This document shows, piece by piece, positions 29,720 through 39,900 of a stretch of DNA of 64,000 bases; position 1 is the first letter of the stretch; every line of letters begins with the position of its first letter. The stretch comes from Candidatus Binatia bacterium. Lineage in GTDB: Bacteria; Desulfobacterota; Binatia; Bin18. The DNA lies in NCBI GenBank assembly GCA_963664395.2, contig OY761159.2:1952001-2016000 (forward strand), read 5' to 3'. Made by a program: the position numbers and the translations under genes. Below the pieces are notes generated by a model. The model saw only the letters and a program-made list of their open reading frames with translations, had not been told where the DNA came from and made no database searches.

Positions 29720-30337
29720 ATGAGTAATCTTGCCTATCAAGACAACACCCCATACACGCTCGAACAGCTTGCAGGAGATATGGAAGCACTGATCACGCGT
29801 GAAAAGGAACACGCCCCGATTGTTGCGGCGGCGGAACCCCTGCTGGAACGTTTTCTGGCTGCCGACAGCCTCCCGGAAGAATACTGTCAGCCCGCCCCTG
29901 GTCGCATTACCACTGAGCACAAAGAGTTCACCCTGTATCGCCTCCATCGTGGGCCTGAAGACTGCTTTAATATTATGGCCGCAATCTGGCCTCCGGGCGG
30001 CTCAAGCGGTGTGCACGACCATGCCGGGAAATGGGTCGTCGAAGGCGTGTATCGCAACCAGCTCCATACCATTCGGTATAAACGCCTCGACGATGGGACG
30101 CAGCCCGGACATGCGGAACTCCGCGAAACAACCGCGCTGGACCTCCGGCCAGGCGATGTCTCACACGTCCTGTCTCCGAATGAAGAAGTTCATGATTTTC
30201 TCAACCAGACTGACGAGCCGGTTGTGAGTGTCCATATCTATGGCGGGGATATCAGCACCGAAACGCTGAACTATTTTGACCCGGCCGGCAAGTCAGTCGA
30301 GCGTGTTGCCCACGACCTGAATTACGACAACGAATAG
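29720..30337 (+). CDS. Cysteine dioxygenase-like cupin
   Basis: WPPG..SGVHDH, EVH, VSVHIYG; AAGGAGG SD. Confidence 0.82.
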   Translation: MSNLAYQDNTPYTLEQLAGDMEALITREKEHAPIVAAAEPLLERFLAADSLPEEYCQPAPGRITTEHKEFTLYRLHRGPEDCFNIMAAIWPPGGSSGVHDHAGKWVVEGVYRNQLHTIRYKRLDDGTQPGHAELRETTALDLRPGDVSHVLSPNEEVHDFLNQTDEPVVSVHIYGGDISTETLNYFDPAGKSVERVAHDLNYDNE

Positions 30338-30399
30338 GGTCCTGCATCAGACCTTCGGGGCAACGTGTACGTTGCCCCTATTCCGCGTCTTTCCACCTT

Positions 30400-31147
30400 T
30401 CACATTGATGAGAGCTTGACGGCAGCTTCTTCCGGGTTGGGAAGGGAAAGCGTTTTTTCCGGCAGCAGAATAAAGTCGTCATAGGCCGCCTCTGATACAC
30501 TGGTCATTGTGTCAGAGTCCGAGAGCACCGCGATGCCCCGGACCTTTCCCGGTTCAAAGCCAAAGAGGTCTTTATAGTCCTGGTAGAAATTAATGGTTTC
30601 TTGGCGCCATTCACCAGGCTCAGCCGGCCCATGCTGTAAGACTACAACCTTGGCGCGCCAATAAACCGGACTGTCGAAACGCGAGCCAATCGCGAGCGTC
30701 GAGCTCCAGACGTATTTAATCGCCCGCGGCACGAGGCGGCTACCAAAAATGACGTAGACGGCCGCGGCTGAATCATTCGTCTTTCTTGCCCGTTCGTTGG
30801 CGCCAAGAGGCAGTTTGGTTGCGCGCCAGCGCCAGCGCAAAATGGGATAGTCTTGTGGCTTAAATGTATATTCCAGACCGATCTGGACATCCTGGTTGTT
30901 GGCATAGGCATGCAGAAACCGATTGCCGTCTTCCTCGGCAATGTGGTAGACGGCCTGCGCAGTCGCTGCGTTGCCACGCACCTTCCAGCCCGACGGGAAG
31001 ACACCGGTCGGGTATTGCTGAAAGGTCTCCTGAAAGGGTGTCGAGCCCCGGGGTGTCTGCGCCCGCCCATCATCAGGGTCGGCCGCTCTGGGGGCCAACA
31101 CGCATGCGAGCAGGAATGCCGTGAACCACGCAACACGCACTCTCACC
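30400..31147 (-). CDS. DUF3047-family exported protein
   Basis: YPILRWRWR, NDSAAAVYVIF, IKYVWSS, GIAVLSDSD; signal-peptide-like N-terminus; start position uncertain. Confidence 0.78.
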
Positions 31148-31374
31148 TCCCCCAACCCTCTCTTGCTGACCGAGCCGGGTCCGAACCGTCTCAAATAAAC
31201 CATTGCGGATAGGAGCATCGATAGAGGAAGGACCTTCGGAGTGCAAGCCCGAAAAGGATGGCCGCTCTTTCGTGGCATTGGCACGTCTCCCCGGACTATG
31301 CTACCCAGGCGGTACGCTATGCTGTTTAAGAATAAGCAAAGACCTGTTTGGGCTTTTTCGGGAGGCTGTCGCAC

Positions 31375-32346
31375 ATGGAAATTCTTGCAGAGGGGCAGGG
31401 CGCATACTTTCCACCTGACCCGGATGGATTCCGCGCCTGGGTGAGGGACAACAAGCCTCGGACGCTCGTGCCTAAAATGCTGAACGAGCACGAGGCCATT
31501 GAGCAGTTTGTCTCTGATGGGGATTATCTGGCGTATGACTGCAACTACTTCCAGCGCGGCCCGAGTTCGCTAATCCGCGAGATTATTCGCCAACAGAAAA
31601 AGGATCTGTGGATCTGTGGGAAATTCACTTATGTCGCGCTCGCGCTGCTTGTCGAAGGCGGCTGTGCCACCAGGGCGGATATTGGTTTTGTCGGTTTTGG
31701 CCCGTGGTTGTCCAAAGCCGTCGCCACCGGTCGCCTCCAAACCTATGAGTACTCAAATGTAGTGATGACCTATCGGCTGCAGGCAGGCGCGCAGGGTTTG
31801 CCGTTTATTGGCGTGCGCTCGTTTGGTGGGACCGAGGGCTTTCCCCAATCCGGGGCCAAGTTGGTCACAGACCCGTTTTCGGGCAAGCCGGTTGTTCTGC
31901 TACCGGCGCTGAACCCGGATGTTTCGATCATCCATGTGCATCAGGCCGACGTGTACGGTAATGCCCGCGTCTTTGGCACTGGGATCTCTCATGTTGATTG
32001 TGCCCTGGCGTCCAAAAAGGTCATTGTGTCCGCCGAAGAGATCATCGAAACGGACGAATTTCGGCGCGACCCGGCCCGGACCTCAATCCCTCATTTTACG
32101 GTCGATGCGGTCGTGCATGCGCCGTTTGGTGCGTATCCGGGGACCGTCCAAGGACGCTATGCCTCCGATGTCCAGCATGTGGTCGAGTGTTTCGGCGGGA
32201 CCATGCGCGGCGACCTGCAACCCTATCTTGAAAAATGGGTGTACGGTGTGGACTCGCACGACGAAATGCTGGAAAAGCGCGTCGGGTGGAAAAAACTCCA
32301 GGAGTTACAACGACGCGAAACCATTCGGGAGGGATACTCGATATGA
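31375..32346 (+). CDS. CoA transferase subunit A (glutaconate CoA-transferase-like)
   Basis: PSSLIREIIRQ, AGAQGLPF, PALNPDVSIIHVHQADVYGN, APFGAYP; GGAGG SD before MEILA. Confidence 0.88.
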   Translation: MEILAEGQGAYFPPDPDGFRAWVRDNKPRTLVPKMLNEHEAIEQFVSDGDYLAYDCNYFQRGPSSLIREIIRQQKKDLWICGKFTYVALALLVEGGCATRADIGFVGFGPWLSKAVATGRLQTYEYSNVVMTYRLQAGAQGLPFIGVRSFGGTEGFPQSGAKLVTDPFSGKPVVLLPALNPDVSIIHVHQADVYGNARVFGTGISHVDCALASKKVIVSAEEIIETDEFRRDPARTSIPHFTVDAVVHAPFGAYPGTVQGRYASDVQHVVECFGGTMRGDLQPYLEKWVYGVDSHDEMLEKRVGWKKLQELQRRETIREGYSI

Positions 32347-33194
32347 CACCGGCCACACATTTTGCGGAACGAGAACATTTGATCTGTACCGTTTCGCGGG
32401 TCATTGAAGAAGAAAAAAGCTATTGGGTCGGCGGTGGCGGAGAGCCCTTATACAGCATTTTGCTGGCCCAGCGGCTGTACGCCTCAGGCGTCCAGTACAT
32501 GACCGAGGATGGCGTGATTGCCCCGCAGTCCATGATGCCCTGGGACCCGCTGATGACCATGGTGGCTTCCCGGGCCGGCTACCGCGCCCTCCAGTGGGGA
32601 ACGATGAATACTGCGGGGAATTTTGCCCAGCTCGGCTATGTCGATGTCGGCATCCTCAACACCCTACAGGTGGACCGCTACGGTAATATCAATTCGACCG
32701 TCTTGGGGGAATACGAAGGCGGCCAGGGCCGGCGTTTTGGCGGGCCAGGTGGAGCCGATACTATTGCAGCCCAATGCTGGCGCACAATTCTGATGACCGA
32801 CCAACAAAAGCGTAAATTCCCTGAACGGGTGGACTTTATTTCATCACCGGGCTTTCTCGACGGACCGGGGGCTCGCGAGGCAAACGGCCTGCCAGCGGGA
32901 ACCGGTCCGTGGCGCGTGTTCACCCCGTGGGCGATGTTTGGCTATGAAGAAAAGTCGTGCGAGCTGATGCTCATGGCTGTTTCACCGTTTGTCACGGTTG
33001 ATATGGTCCTGGCCGAGATGTCCTTTGAGCCGAAAATAGCCCCAACCATTGAAACGCTTGATCCACCCATGGAAGAAGAGTTGGAGATCATCCGCACCCA
33101 GCTTGATACAGATGGACAAACAACGGGTCGCGGACAGTGGATTGAAAAACGGGATGACAAATACGTCTTTGCCGAAACGCAGGGACGCGAGTAA
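32343..33194 (+). CDS. CoA transferase subunit B
   Basis: QVDRYGNINST, GPGGA, FPERVDFISSPG; ATGA overlap with subunit A. Confidence 0.88.
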   Translation: MTPATHFAEREHLICTVSRVIEEEKSYWVGGGGEPLYSILLAQRLYASGVQYMTEDGVIAPQSMMPWDPLMTMVASRAGYRALQWGTMNTAGNFAQLGYVDVGILNTLQVDRYGNINSTVLGEYEGGQGRRFGGPGGADTIAAQCWRTILMTDQQKRKFPERVDFISSPGFLDGPGAREANGLPAGTGPWRVFTPWAMFGYEEKSCELMLMAVSPFVTVDMVLAEMSFEPKIAPTIETLDPPMEEELEIIRTQLDTDGQTTGRGQWIEKRDDKYVFAETQGRE

Positions 33195-33274
33195 GGGGCT
33201 TCAAAGTCTTTGAGTCTGTATCTTGATGGTGTCCAGGGGTGCTGTAGCCCTTTTCTTTTCCCCTCCCCTTTGCC

Positions 33275-33763
33275 TTACCCCTTGTCTCCTCTCATACTAT
33301 CAATATTCTGGCCTGTTTCTTCAGCCCATTGTTGAGTAATTTTTTCTAACGTTGCTGCCTTTGCATTCGTCAGACTGTGGACAAAGCGTACCACTTTCGT
33401 GTGTCGCCTGATGGGAAGCCTTTTATGCGCTGGCGTTGACTCAAAGGGGAAAAATATCTCACGATACAGTGTAGCTACGATTTTACGGGTTTGTTTCTTG
33501 TCAATATTGCCCCAGCACCAGCGGAAAAATTCTTGGAGTTGCACTACGAGGAGGCCGAAGAAGAAAGCTTCTATCCATTCCCTGGACGACATATTTTGTC
33601 GTCCACCAGGTAGCTCGCTCCTCTTTGCCACCTTCTTCTTGGCTACTACTTTTTTCTTGGCTACCGGCTTCTTTACGGTCGTGGTACGTGTTGTTTTTGG
33701 TGGTGTTACCTTTTTTTTCAGGCGAACTGTTGGTTTCTGCTCCTTTTGCGCCTTCCTCGCCAT
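33275..33763 (-). CDS. Hypothetical protein with a Lys-rich, histone H1-like N-terminus
   Basis: KKPVAKKKVVAKKKVAKR low-complexity segment followed by a short helical domain. Confidence 0.6.
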   Translation of the reverse strand: MARKAQKEQKPTVRLKKKVTPPKTTRTTTVKKPVAKKKVVAKKKVAKRSELPGGRQNMSSREWIEAFFFGLLVVQLQEFFRWCWGNIDKKQTRKIVATLYREIFFPFESTPAHKRLPIRRHTKVVRFVHSLTNAKAATLEKITQQWAEETGQNIDSMRGDKG

Positions 33764-34049
33764 CCCCGTATCATACCAAGACTTTCCCTTACGTCCATCA
33801 TTTTCTGGAATGGGCTGCTAATTTTTCTCTGCAATATATGCCTTCGTTGATCTGTTTTGGGCAAAGGTCTTTTTACAACAGTGACTTAAACAATATATAA
33901 CGAGAGGCTTTCTCCGGGAGAAATCCCTTCTCTCCACGATGACGGAGTAATGGAGGCGAGGTTGCCTTAAGTTTTGGGAGGATTTTAAGCTTTTCTGATT
34001 TCCAAACTTGGTGCCCCACCACTTTGTCCTTCATACTAATGTGCGGGGG

Positions 34050-35246
34050 TCAGTCGTCGCCAAACACAAACTCTGGTGGAACTTCCCAGTTTCGACAGAC
34101 CTCAAGTTGCTTGGCGATCTCCGCAACGTTATTGAGCGTACGCGAGGGAACCTCTTTGTTCCCTCGATGCGTCCAATCTTCCGGTCGTCCGATTTCCACG
34201 AAAACCTCCTCGACCGGGAATGGTTTTCCCCCAGTGAACTCTCTGAAATCATCCTGTTTTTCGTCATACAGATACGTAAAATCCATGAGGTATGGCTTTG
34301 AGGCTGTCGGCGCAACTTCTCGATCCAGGAAAAACTCCTCCCGAACGGCGTGGTCCGTGTGAAGCACACCCTCATAGCGGGTCCAGTCCTTATTTTCCAG
34401 GACCGTTGGAACCTGAGATAAGGGACAAGCAACATCGGCGGCCAACGCCTTCCCGTCTGGAGCGACCGGGCGCAGCCATGTCGCTCGTCCTTGCTCTAGT
34501 GGCTCAGTGCTATTTGTCCCACGGGTCGGTGTCGCATTCTGGATCGTGACCATGGCCTGCTTCAATGCCCATTCACGACTATCTGTCTTTTGCTGATACC
34601 AGTCGCGGAAAGCGATCATGTGTCCGGGGCTATTCGCGGTAAACGCGATACCCCCAGGGAATCGATGATCGTGCCACCATCGGCCGTCCCCCGCGCACGC
34701 GAAGTAGTCCAGATTGAACTGGTATCCGTAGAACGCCCCGCTGTTTGGGTCCTTCAGATAGAGGAAATCGCTTGTCACCGGATTGGACTGACGCGCTCCG
34801 CGTGAGCTAGTTCCCCATCTGGCTAGTTCCAGAATGCGGTCGCTCAACGCGCGTAGATGCCGGTCCGGTGCGGCGAAGGCTACCCGTGGCGAGGCCACGA
34901 CAAGCACGAAGCTGTGGGCACTCCAGACAGGATCGAACGCAGCTCTCTGTTTCCACAGTCGTTTCTCTTCGGCGATTTTCTCGGCGATCTCGTCATCGCT
35001 CCAACCCAACCCAGCTCTCTCAGAGAGGAAACAGAAATGGCTGCGACCTTGTTTGGCTGCGATACGCCCAAACTGACAGGGCTGCCTTCGCAGGCACCAT
35101 AAGTTCACGCATTCAGCCATTTCCGCTTCTGTCGCAGCGCTGTTATGAAGGAGCGCATTCGCCTGGAGTAGATCATCACTGAATGGGTGAGAAAGCCGCC
35201 AGGCATCGCCCGACAAGCGCTCGATCAGATCCGCTACGGCAGTCAT
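34050..35246 (-). CDS. Unknown protein, last gene of the coupled operon (possible remote YqcI/YcgG-like fold)
   Basis: 398 aa; ATGA overlap with the CHAT gene; motifs QPCQFG and WWHDHRFPGGIAFTANSPGHM; function is speculative. Confidence 0.75.
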   Translation of the reverse strand: MTAVADLIERLSGDAWRLSHPFSDDLLQANALLHNSAATEAEMAECVNLWCLRRQPCQFGRIAAKQGRSHFCFLSERAGLGWSDDEIAEKIAEEKRLWKQRAAFDPVWSAHSFVLVVASPRVAFAAPDRHLRALSDRILELARWGTSSRGARQSNPVTSDFLYLKDPNSGAFYGYQFNLDYFACAGDGRWWHDHRFPGGIAFTANSPGHMIAFRDWYQQKTDSREWALKQAMVTIQNATPTRGTNSTEPLEQGRATWLRPVAPDGKALAADVACPLSQVPTVLENKDWTRYEGVLHTDHAVREEFFLDREVAPTASKPYLMDFTYLYDEKQDDFREFTGGKPFPVEEVFVEIGRPEDWTHRGNKEVPSRTLNNVAEIAKQLEVCRNWEVPPEFVFGDD

Positions 35247-37078
35247 CCGTCCTCCTCCCTACCTCCAACAAGTGGGCCTCTAGGGGCGTTCTCACCAGAG
35301 ATGAGCACTGGCACCTCGCGGGACCCGCACGCGACTCTGGCAATATCGAACGCATCGCACATCGTCCGACCGTCTCCCAAGGCCCCGTACAATGCCTGGC
35401 TGAAGGTGATAGCGGTGGAGTCTGAGACCTTGCTCGGCCACCCAACGGCGTATCCTGTGCCCCCTTCGCCTACTAGGTCGCGTGCAAACCTCTCCGACTC
35501 ACACGCATTCAGCACGCACAACACCACGTCCTCTTCTATCGTCTTCAGTACCGTCAGGAACTCCTCCGCACTGAGAGCGGTCTCGTTCGCCAATAGATGA
35601 TGGTCTTCAATGATCGAGAGACTACGCTCGTTTCCGTGTCCGGCAAAGTGCACGATCTTTGGCCGATGACGATACGCGTAGGCAAGCCTTTCTCGGGTAG
35701 CAGCCAGAATGGAATCTCCTAGATAGATTGAGTCTTTATGCTCGCTTGCACGTAAAGCATCTTGGATCGCGTGATACTCATTGGGCATCTGGATCTGATT
35801 CAGTTGGGAGCCGCCTCGATCCCCGGCAATGAATAGGATCTTTACCGAATTCCGGCTATCCGCTTCGCTTGTGGGTTGCTCTTGGCTCGGTGGTAGATCG
35901 CTGACATCCGACAATACATGAAATACCTGATCGATTCCCACCGATGGTACTCGGACATCCCCGCTCAGCACTGGAACCTTGAAATAGCACTCGAAGCCTG
36001 CCGAGCTTTCACCCTTCCTCAGCACCGTATGAAAATTCGGCAGTGCCTCCCGGCGCTCGCTGAAAGCTTTGGCAGCGCCGAGCACACCCGTTGTGTGGAT
36101 GCCGTTCACAAGGACCACCGTGGACTCTTCGTTCAACGGATTGGGAAAACGAGCAAAATACCCAACGTCCTTACATATCCGCCGCTGCCCCGTGACGCCG
36201 CTGCCTGGCCCATCGCGGTACTCCGCGTGGAGTTCTAGCGGCGCGTCCTCGTCCATTATGACCGTCATCTGCTCACAGTCATCGGAATAGGATATCCGTG
36301 AGTGGACTGCCTCCATCATCTCCTTACAAACGCTATTCCCGATGTCGGAAGTAGAGCCGGGGCCGCCGAGCACGACAAGGTTGCCACTCGTATGACCGTC
36401 GGGGAGATTGCCAGAGTGGAAGTGTTGGATCGTGGCGCTGGGATAGTGTCCTGAGAGGAAAACCATAAGCTCAAGCAGTGCATCTTGGTCCCCGAGGTTG
36501 TCCAGGTAGGTATAATCGGGACTTGAGCGATTCGCATACTCACCGGGCTCGTGATTCTGTGGGCATACAACCCAGATGGTGCTTGTTCTCCGAGGAAACC
36601 AGAACCGGAAGATCAGTTCCTCCTGGATCTGCGCCTCAGGAATCGCCCGAAAAATCTCGGTCTCGAATGCGGAATCAGACTGGAAGAGTTCGTTCATTGA
36701 ACGATACAGAATCGGGTCTGAAATTCCCCAATTCAGTCGCTTAGCGATAGGCTCGGATTCCATATCGCCTACAAGAATTCCGGGTACGCGAGCACCTTGC
36801 AACCGTCCAGCGTATAAGGCTAGCTTCTCATCGCTCTCGCTCACGTCAAGAACAGCGACCGCGTACCCAGAGCGCCACTCCCGCTCCTCACCGGCTTCCT
36901 CAGAATTCAGAAATGCGGTCTGAACTTCTATCGTTGGGTGCTTTTCCCTAAGTCGTTGTTCGACACGTTTTACTACCTCCGTCACGCCATAGCGGAATCC
37001 ATCAACGGCGCGCCTATCCCATCCTGCGGCATGCACTGCGACCACAACGAGCTGCAATGCGTCGGTTCCCTCGCTCAC
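35243..37078 (-). CDS. Multidomain CHAT (caspase-like) protease
   Basis: C-terminal VHFAGHG and VLNACES give an intact His-Cys dyad; middle domain NLVVLGGP..FPNPLN..NGIHTTG; N-terminal flavodoxin-like segment; GTG start overlaps the upstream TGA. Confidence 0.82.
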   Translation of the reverse strand: MSEGTDALQLVVVAVHAAGWDRRAVDGFRYGVTEVVKRVEQRLREKHPTIEVQTAFLNSEEAGEEREWRSGYAVAVLDVSESDEKLALYAGRLQGARVPGILVGDMESEPIAKRLNWGISDPILYRSMNELFQSDSAFETEIFRAIPEAQIQEELIFRFWFPRRTSTIWVVCPQNHEPGEYANRSSPDYTYLDNLGDQDALLELMVFLSGHYPSATIQHFHSGNLPDGHTSGNLVVLGGPGSTSDIGNSVCKEMMEAVHSRISYSDDCEQMTVIMDEDAPLELHAEYRDGPGSGVTGQRRICKDVGYFARFPNPLNEESTVVLVNGIHTTGVLGAAKAFSERREALPNFHTVLRKGESSAGFECYFKVPVLSGDVRVPSVGIDQVFHVLSDVSDLPPSQEQPTSEADSRNSVKILFIAGDRGGSQLNQIQMPNEYHAIQDALRASEHKDSIYLGDSILAATRERLAYAYRHRPKIVHFAGHGNERSLSIIEDHHLLANETALSAEEFLTVLKTIEEDVVLCVLNACESERFARDLVGEGGTGYAVGWPSKVSDSTAITFSQALYGALGDGRTMCDAFDIARVACGSREVPVLISGENAPRGPLVGGREEDG

Positions 37079-37683
37079 ACGTCCCTCAGCTTGATCAGTC
37101 CATAACAGTCGGCAATCGGTCGCCGCTTTCCATCCCGCAGGACCACCCCTTCTGGTACGTCGCATGTTACGCGCTCTCCCGCAGCGACGTAAGCGCGCGG
37201 TCCTATCGTTATCCCACCGATAAGGACCGCACCGACTCCCACAACGCTACCGCGCTTGATGATCGGAGATGACTCCACAGTGTCGTCCCAGTCGCCGGTT
37301 GTATCGGCGTACGAGTGCGCTGTTTCGCCCTGAAATCTCACCCAGTCTTCGACAATTGTCCGGTCAACCAACTCGCCTGCAATGATACAGTTCTCGCCGA
37401 TCGAGACCTCGTCAAAGATCTGCGCGCGATAAAGCACGCGGGTTCCCGTTCCGATCCGGGAACCGTACGATATTCGGCAGTAATGATCGACCTCTACACG
37501 GTCCGCCAGATGCACTCCGCCTTCGATTAGACAGAAAGCGCCAATGCAGACACCACCCCCAATGGAAACGGGCTCTTCTTCAGTTGCCTCATAACCAACG
37601 TAGCTACAGAAGCCGACCGACGCATTTCCGTTGAAACGGGTCGTGGGGTGGACATGAGCCGACGTGTCGATTTGGATGTTCAT
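37075..37683 (-). CDS. Left-handed beta-helix (hexapeptide-repeat) acyltransferase-like protein
   Basis: IGGGVCIG, IGENCIIA, IKRGSVVGVGAVLIGGITIGPRAYVAAG..VTCDVP. Confidence 0.85.
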   Translation of the reverse strand: MNIQIDTSAHVHPTTRFNGNASVGFCSYVGYEATEEEPVSIGGGVCIGAFCLIEGGVHLADRVEVDHYCRISYGSRIGTGTRVLYRAQIFDEVSIGENCIIAGELVDRTIVEDWVRFQGETAHSYADTTGDWDDTVESSPIIKRGSVVGVGAVLIGGITIGPRAYVAAGERVTCDVPEGVVLRDGKRRPIADCYGLIKLRDV

Positions 37684-38495
37684 TCGCGGTCAGCCTCCTC
37701 GATGAATCGGGAGATAATATTCCACACCTCGCGGTGCTTCTCCTTGGTCGCAGGCGACGACAAGTCTTCATCGTCGCCCACTCCGAATCCGTGGTCGGTG
37801 CCGGGAATATTGATGAGCGTACAATGCTCATACATCCGTGCAAAACGTTCAGATGAAGAGTACGACACGATCGAATCTTTATCGCCGTGGAGAATGAGGG
37901 CATTGCACTTAAGCTGCGGTAATCCTTCGGCCCCGGAAATGAAGCGGAGTTCGTTCAGCAGGGCTGCGCCATACTGAATCTCGTCCGTCTCCACATACCC
38001 TTGCCGTTGGAGCCCTTGGGCTATTTCCTCACGCAACTTGCCATCCACGATTGCCCCGTGCTGCCCCAATACATCCTCCTCATAATCAATCACTGGCGCT
38101 AGCATGACCACCGACCTGACGGGAACTAACGTTTTTGCAGCCCAATAGGCCGACAGTCCGCCGCCAAAGCTCATACCAATCACATGAACAGATGATGCGT
38201 GCGCATGTGCCAGTGCCGCAGCCGCTGCGGCCTCGATGTCGTTGACGATCCCGGCCAGCGTCATTGTCTTCATAGGCATTTTGCTCGCACCGTGACATCG
38301 ATAGTCGAACCTGAATGACGGCACCCCTTTTTTCGCCAAGTGCTCTGAGAGCCCGGAGAACAGACCGAACTCGTCTCGCGATGACGTAATCCCATGTATG
38401 AGGATCGCGAGACCGTTGCTTCCTATAGTGCCAGTCGTATAAGTGCCTTCCAAGGACGTGCCGTCAAAGCTTCGAAACCGCAGCGTTGTCTCCAC
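37680..38495 (-). CDS. Alpha/beta hydrolase (thioesterase/peptidase-like)
   Basis: LIHGI, RFDYRCHGAS, nucleophile elbow GMSFGG, HGDKD, DHGF. Confidence 0.9.
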   Translation of the reverse strand: METTLRFRSFDGTSLEGTYTTGTIGSNGLAILIHGITSSRDEFGLFSGLSEHLAKKGVPSFRFDYRCHGASKMPMKTMTLAGIVNDIEAAAAAALAHAHASSVHVIGMSFGGGLSAYWAAKTLVPVRSVVMLAPVIDYEEDVLGQHGAIVDGKLREEIAQGLQRQGYVETDEIQYGAALLNELRFISGAEGLPQLKCNALILHGDKDSIVSYSSSERFARMYEHCTLINIPGTDHGFGVGDDEDLSSPATKEKHREVWNIISRFIEEADRE

Positions 38496-39646
38496 TATTT
38501 CCTCCCTTTAAGCGTCATCGCCGCCATGGCATGCTGTACTGTCTCGTGAGCAGGCAACGACGAATAAGACGTATGCTTAGCGATTGCGTCCACACACCAA
38601 TCCTGCAGAATCGTCCTTTCTCTCACGCACAAGTCTCCAGAGCGCAGTACCGCCTCTACCGCACTCAAGCCATAGTCGTTCAAGCACGACCGCACTGGCC
38701 CATCTGCTGTTGATTGATGGGCCAGTTCCATCACCTCAGCGATACGTGTGGTCGGTAGCACCTCGGGACTGGGCGTATATTGAGCAAGAGCACCTAGTGT
38801 CGCCAGAGGAGTCCGTTTTTCTCCATCGCGATGTACACACAGGCAATCAAACACCAGGTCACCGGCGAGTTCAAACAGGATATCGCTAAGAGTCGCTCGC
38901 CGCGGTTCTGGCGGAGCATGCTGCACGACCTGTTCGCTACGTACGACTCGGACCTTCCCGCTGATACTGTGTAGCAAACACCACAGCCAATCCTCGTTAT
39001 ACCCAGGCGGAAAGGCGAACAATTGTGTCGGATGGAGGCTGAACGCCATATATCCAGCGCTCACCCATCCGCCGTCGATATCCCCCATGTCATCACTACT
39101 AGCCGTGCAATTGATCTGCCGCGACTCCAGCCCTCGAATCGACTCGTGCAGCCGAGTGAGTGTGTCCATTTCTGATTGGCCATCGATCTCAGCGCCAACG
39201 ATTAAGCCCTGGGACCCAGGCGCCAGTTGCTCAAGACGCTCGTGCGTCAGTTCAAGGTCAAAACCGCAAATATCGTCATCTATGAGAATGGTCGTGCGTG
39301 CTCTTACCGCAGCCGAGAGCAGGAGAGCGAGGTTCCTCAGTGGAGCAATATCGCGCCGCGCTGTCCTGAATTGCCACTCCAATGCTGATCCACCCGTCAC
39401 CCCTGCGATTGTCTCGTACAATTGAGTAGGCATGAGGTGTGTGACCATTGCAGGCGACTTGCGCGCTACAGTAGTCAGTAGATAGGCATTCTCCGCCGCA
39501 ACCCTGGCCGTGGAATCGTCGAGAACCGTCAGGACATCGCATCGCCTCAGTTTCATGACCGCCGTGTAAACGCTGCGTTCGAGCACCTCGGTCCGGTCTT
39601 GCGTGAGGATGATTGCGTGCACACGAATCGAATCGAATTTGTCCAT
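38495..39646 (-). CDS. GT-A fold glycosyltransferase-like protein
   Basis: ILTQDR, VLDDS, LRNLALL, ILIDDDI (DxD), FPPGYNEDW, VVQH. Confidence 0.7.
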   Translation of the reverse strand: MDKFDSIRVHAIILTQDRTEVLERSVYTAVMKLRRCDVLTVLDDSTARVAAENAYLLTTVARKSPAMVTHLMPTQLYETIAGVTGGSALEWQFRTARRDIAPLRNLALLLSAAVRARTTILIDDDICGFDLELTHERLEQLAPGSQGLIVGAEIDGQSEMDTLTRLHESIRGLESRQINCTASSDDMGDIDGGWVSAGYMAFSLHPTQLFAFPPGYNEDWLWCLLHSISGKVRVVRSEQVVQHAPPEPRRATLSDILFELAGDLVFDCLCVHRDGEKRTPLATLGALAQYTPSPEVLPTTRIAEVMELAHQSTADGPVRSCLNDYGLSAVEAVLRSGDLCVRERTILQDWCVDAIAKHTSYSSLPAHETVQHAMAAMTLKGRK

Positions 39647-39900
39647 TACTCTCCGTTCGTTCGAGACTGACGATCAAAGAATTCGCAAATGGCCTTCATG
39701 GTCCTCAGCTCCCACGCTTCGTCATCATCAATACTGACTTCCAGTACCTCTTCGATAGCTTCAATAATCTCCACGTGACCCAAACTGTCCCATCCGTGAT
39801 GCCGAAGCATCTTAGATTCTCTGGAGAGAGATTCCTTGGGGCATTTAAGAGCCTCCGCAACGACATCAAACGGATCTGGTGGGGTAGCACCCAATGTCAT
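39646..39900 (-). CDS. Acyl/aminoacyl carrier protein
   Basis: GWDSLGHVEII phosphopantetheine site; acidic, 84 aa. Confidence 0.88.
   Translation of the reverse strand: MTLGATPPDPFDVVAEALKCPKESLSRESKMLRHHGWDSLGHVEIIEAIEEVLEVSIDDDEAWELRTMKAICEFFDRQSRTNGE

Noticed and set aside
33950-33962. Minus-strand ACCTCGCCTCCA resembling a tRNA 3' end or att site at the island edge
   Set aside because: Too short; no T-arm, no second copy found at the other border and no integrase in the window
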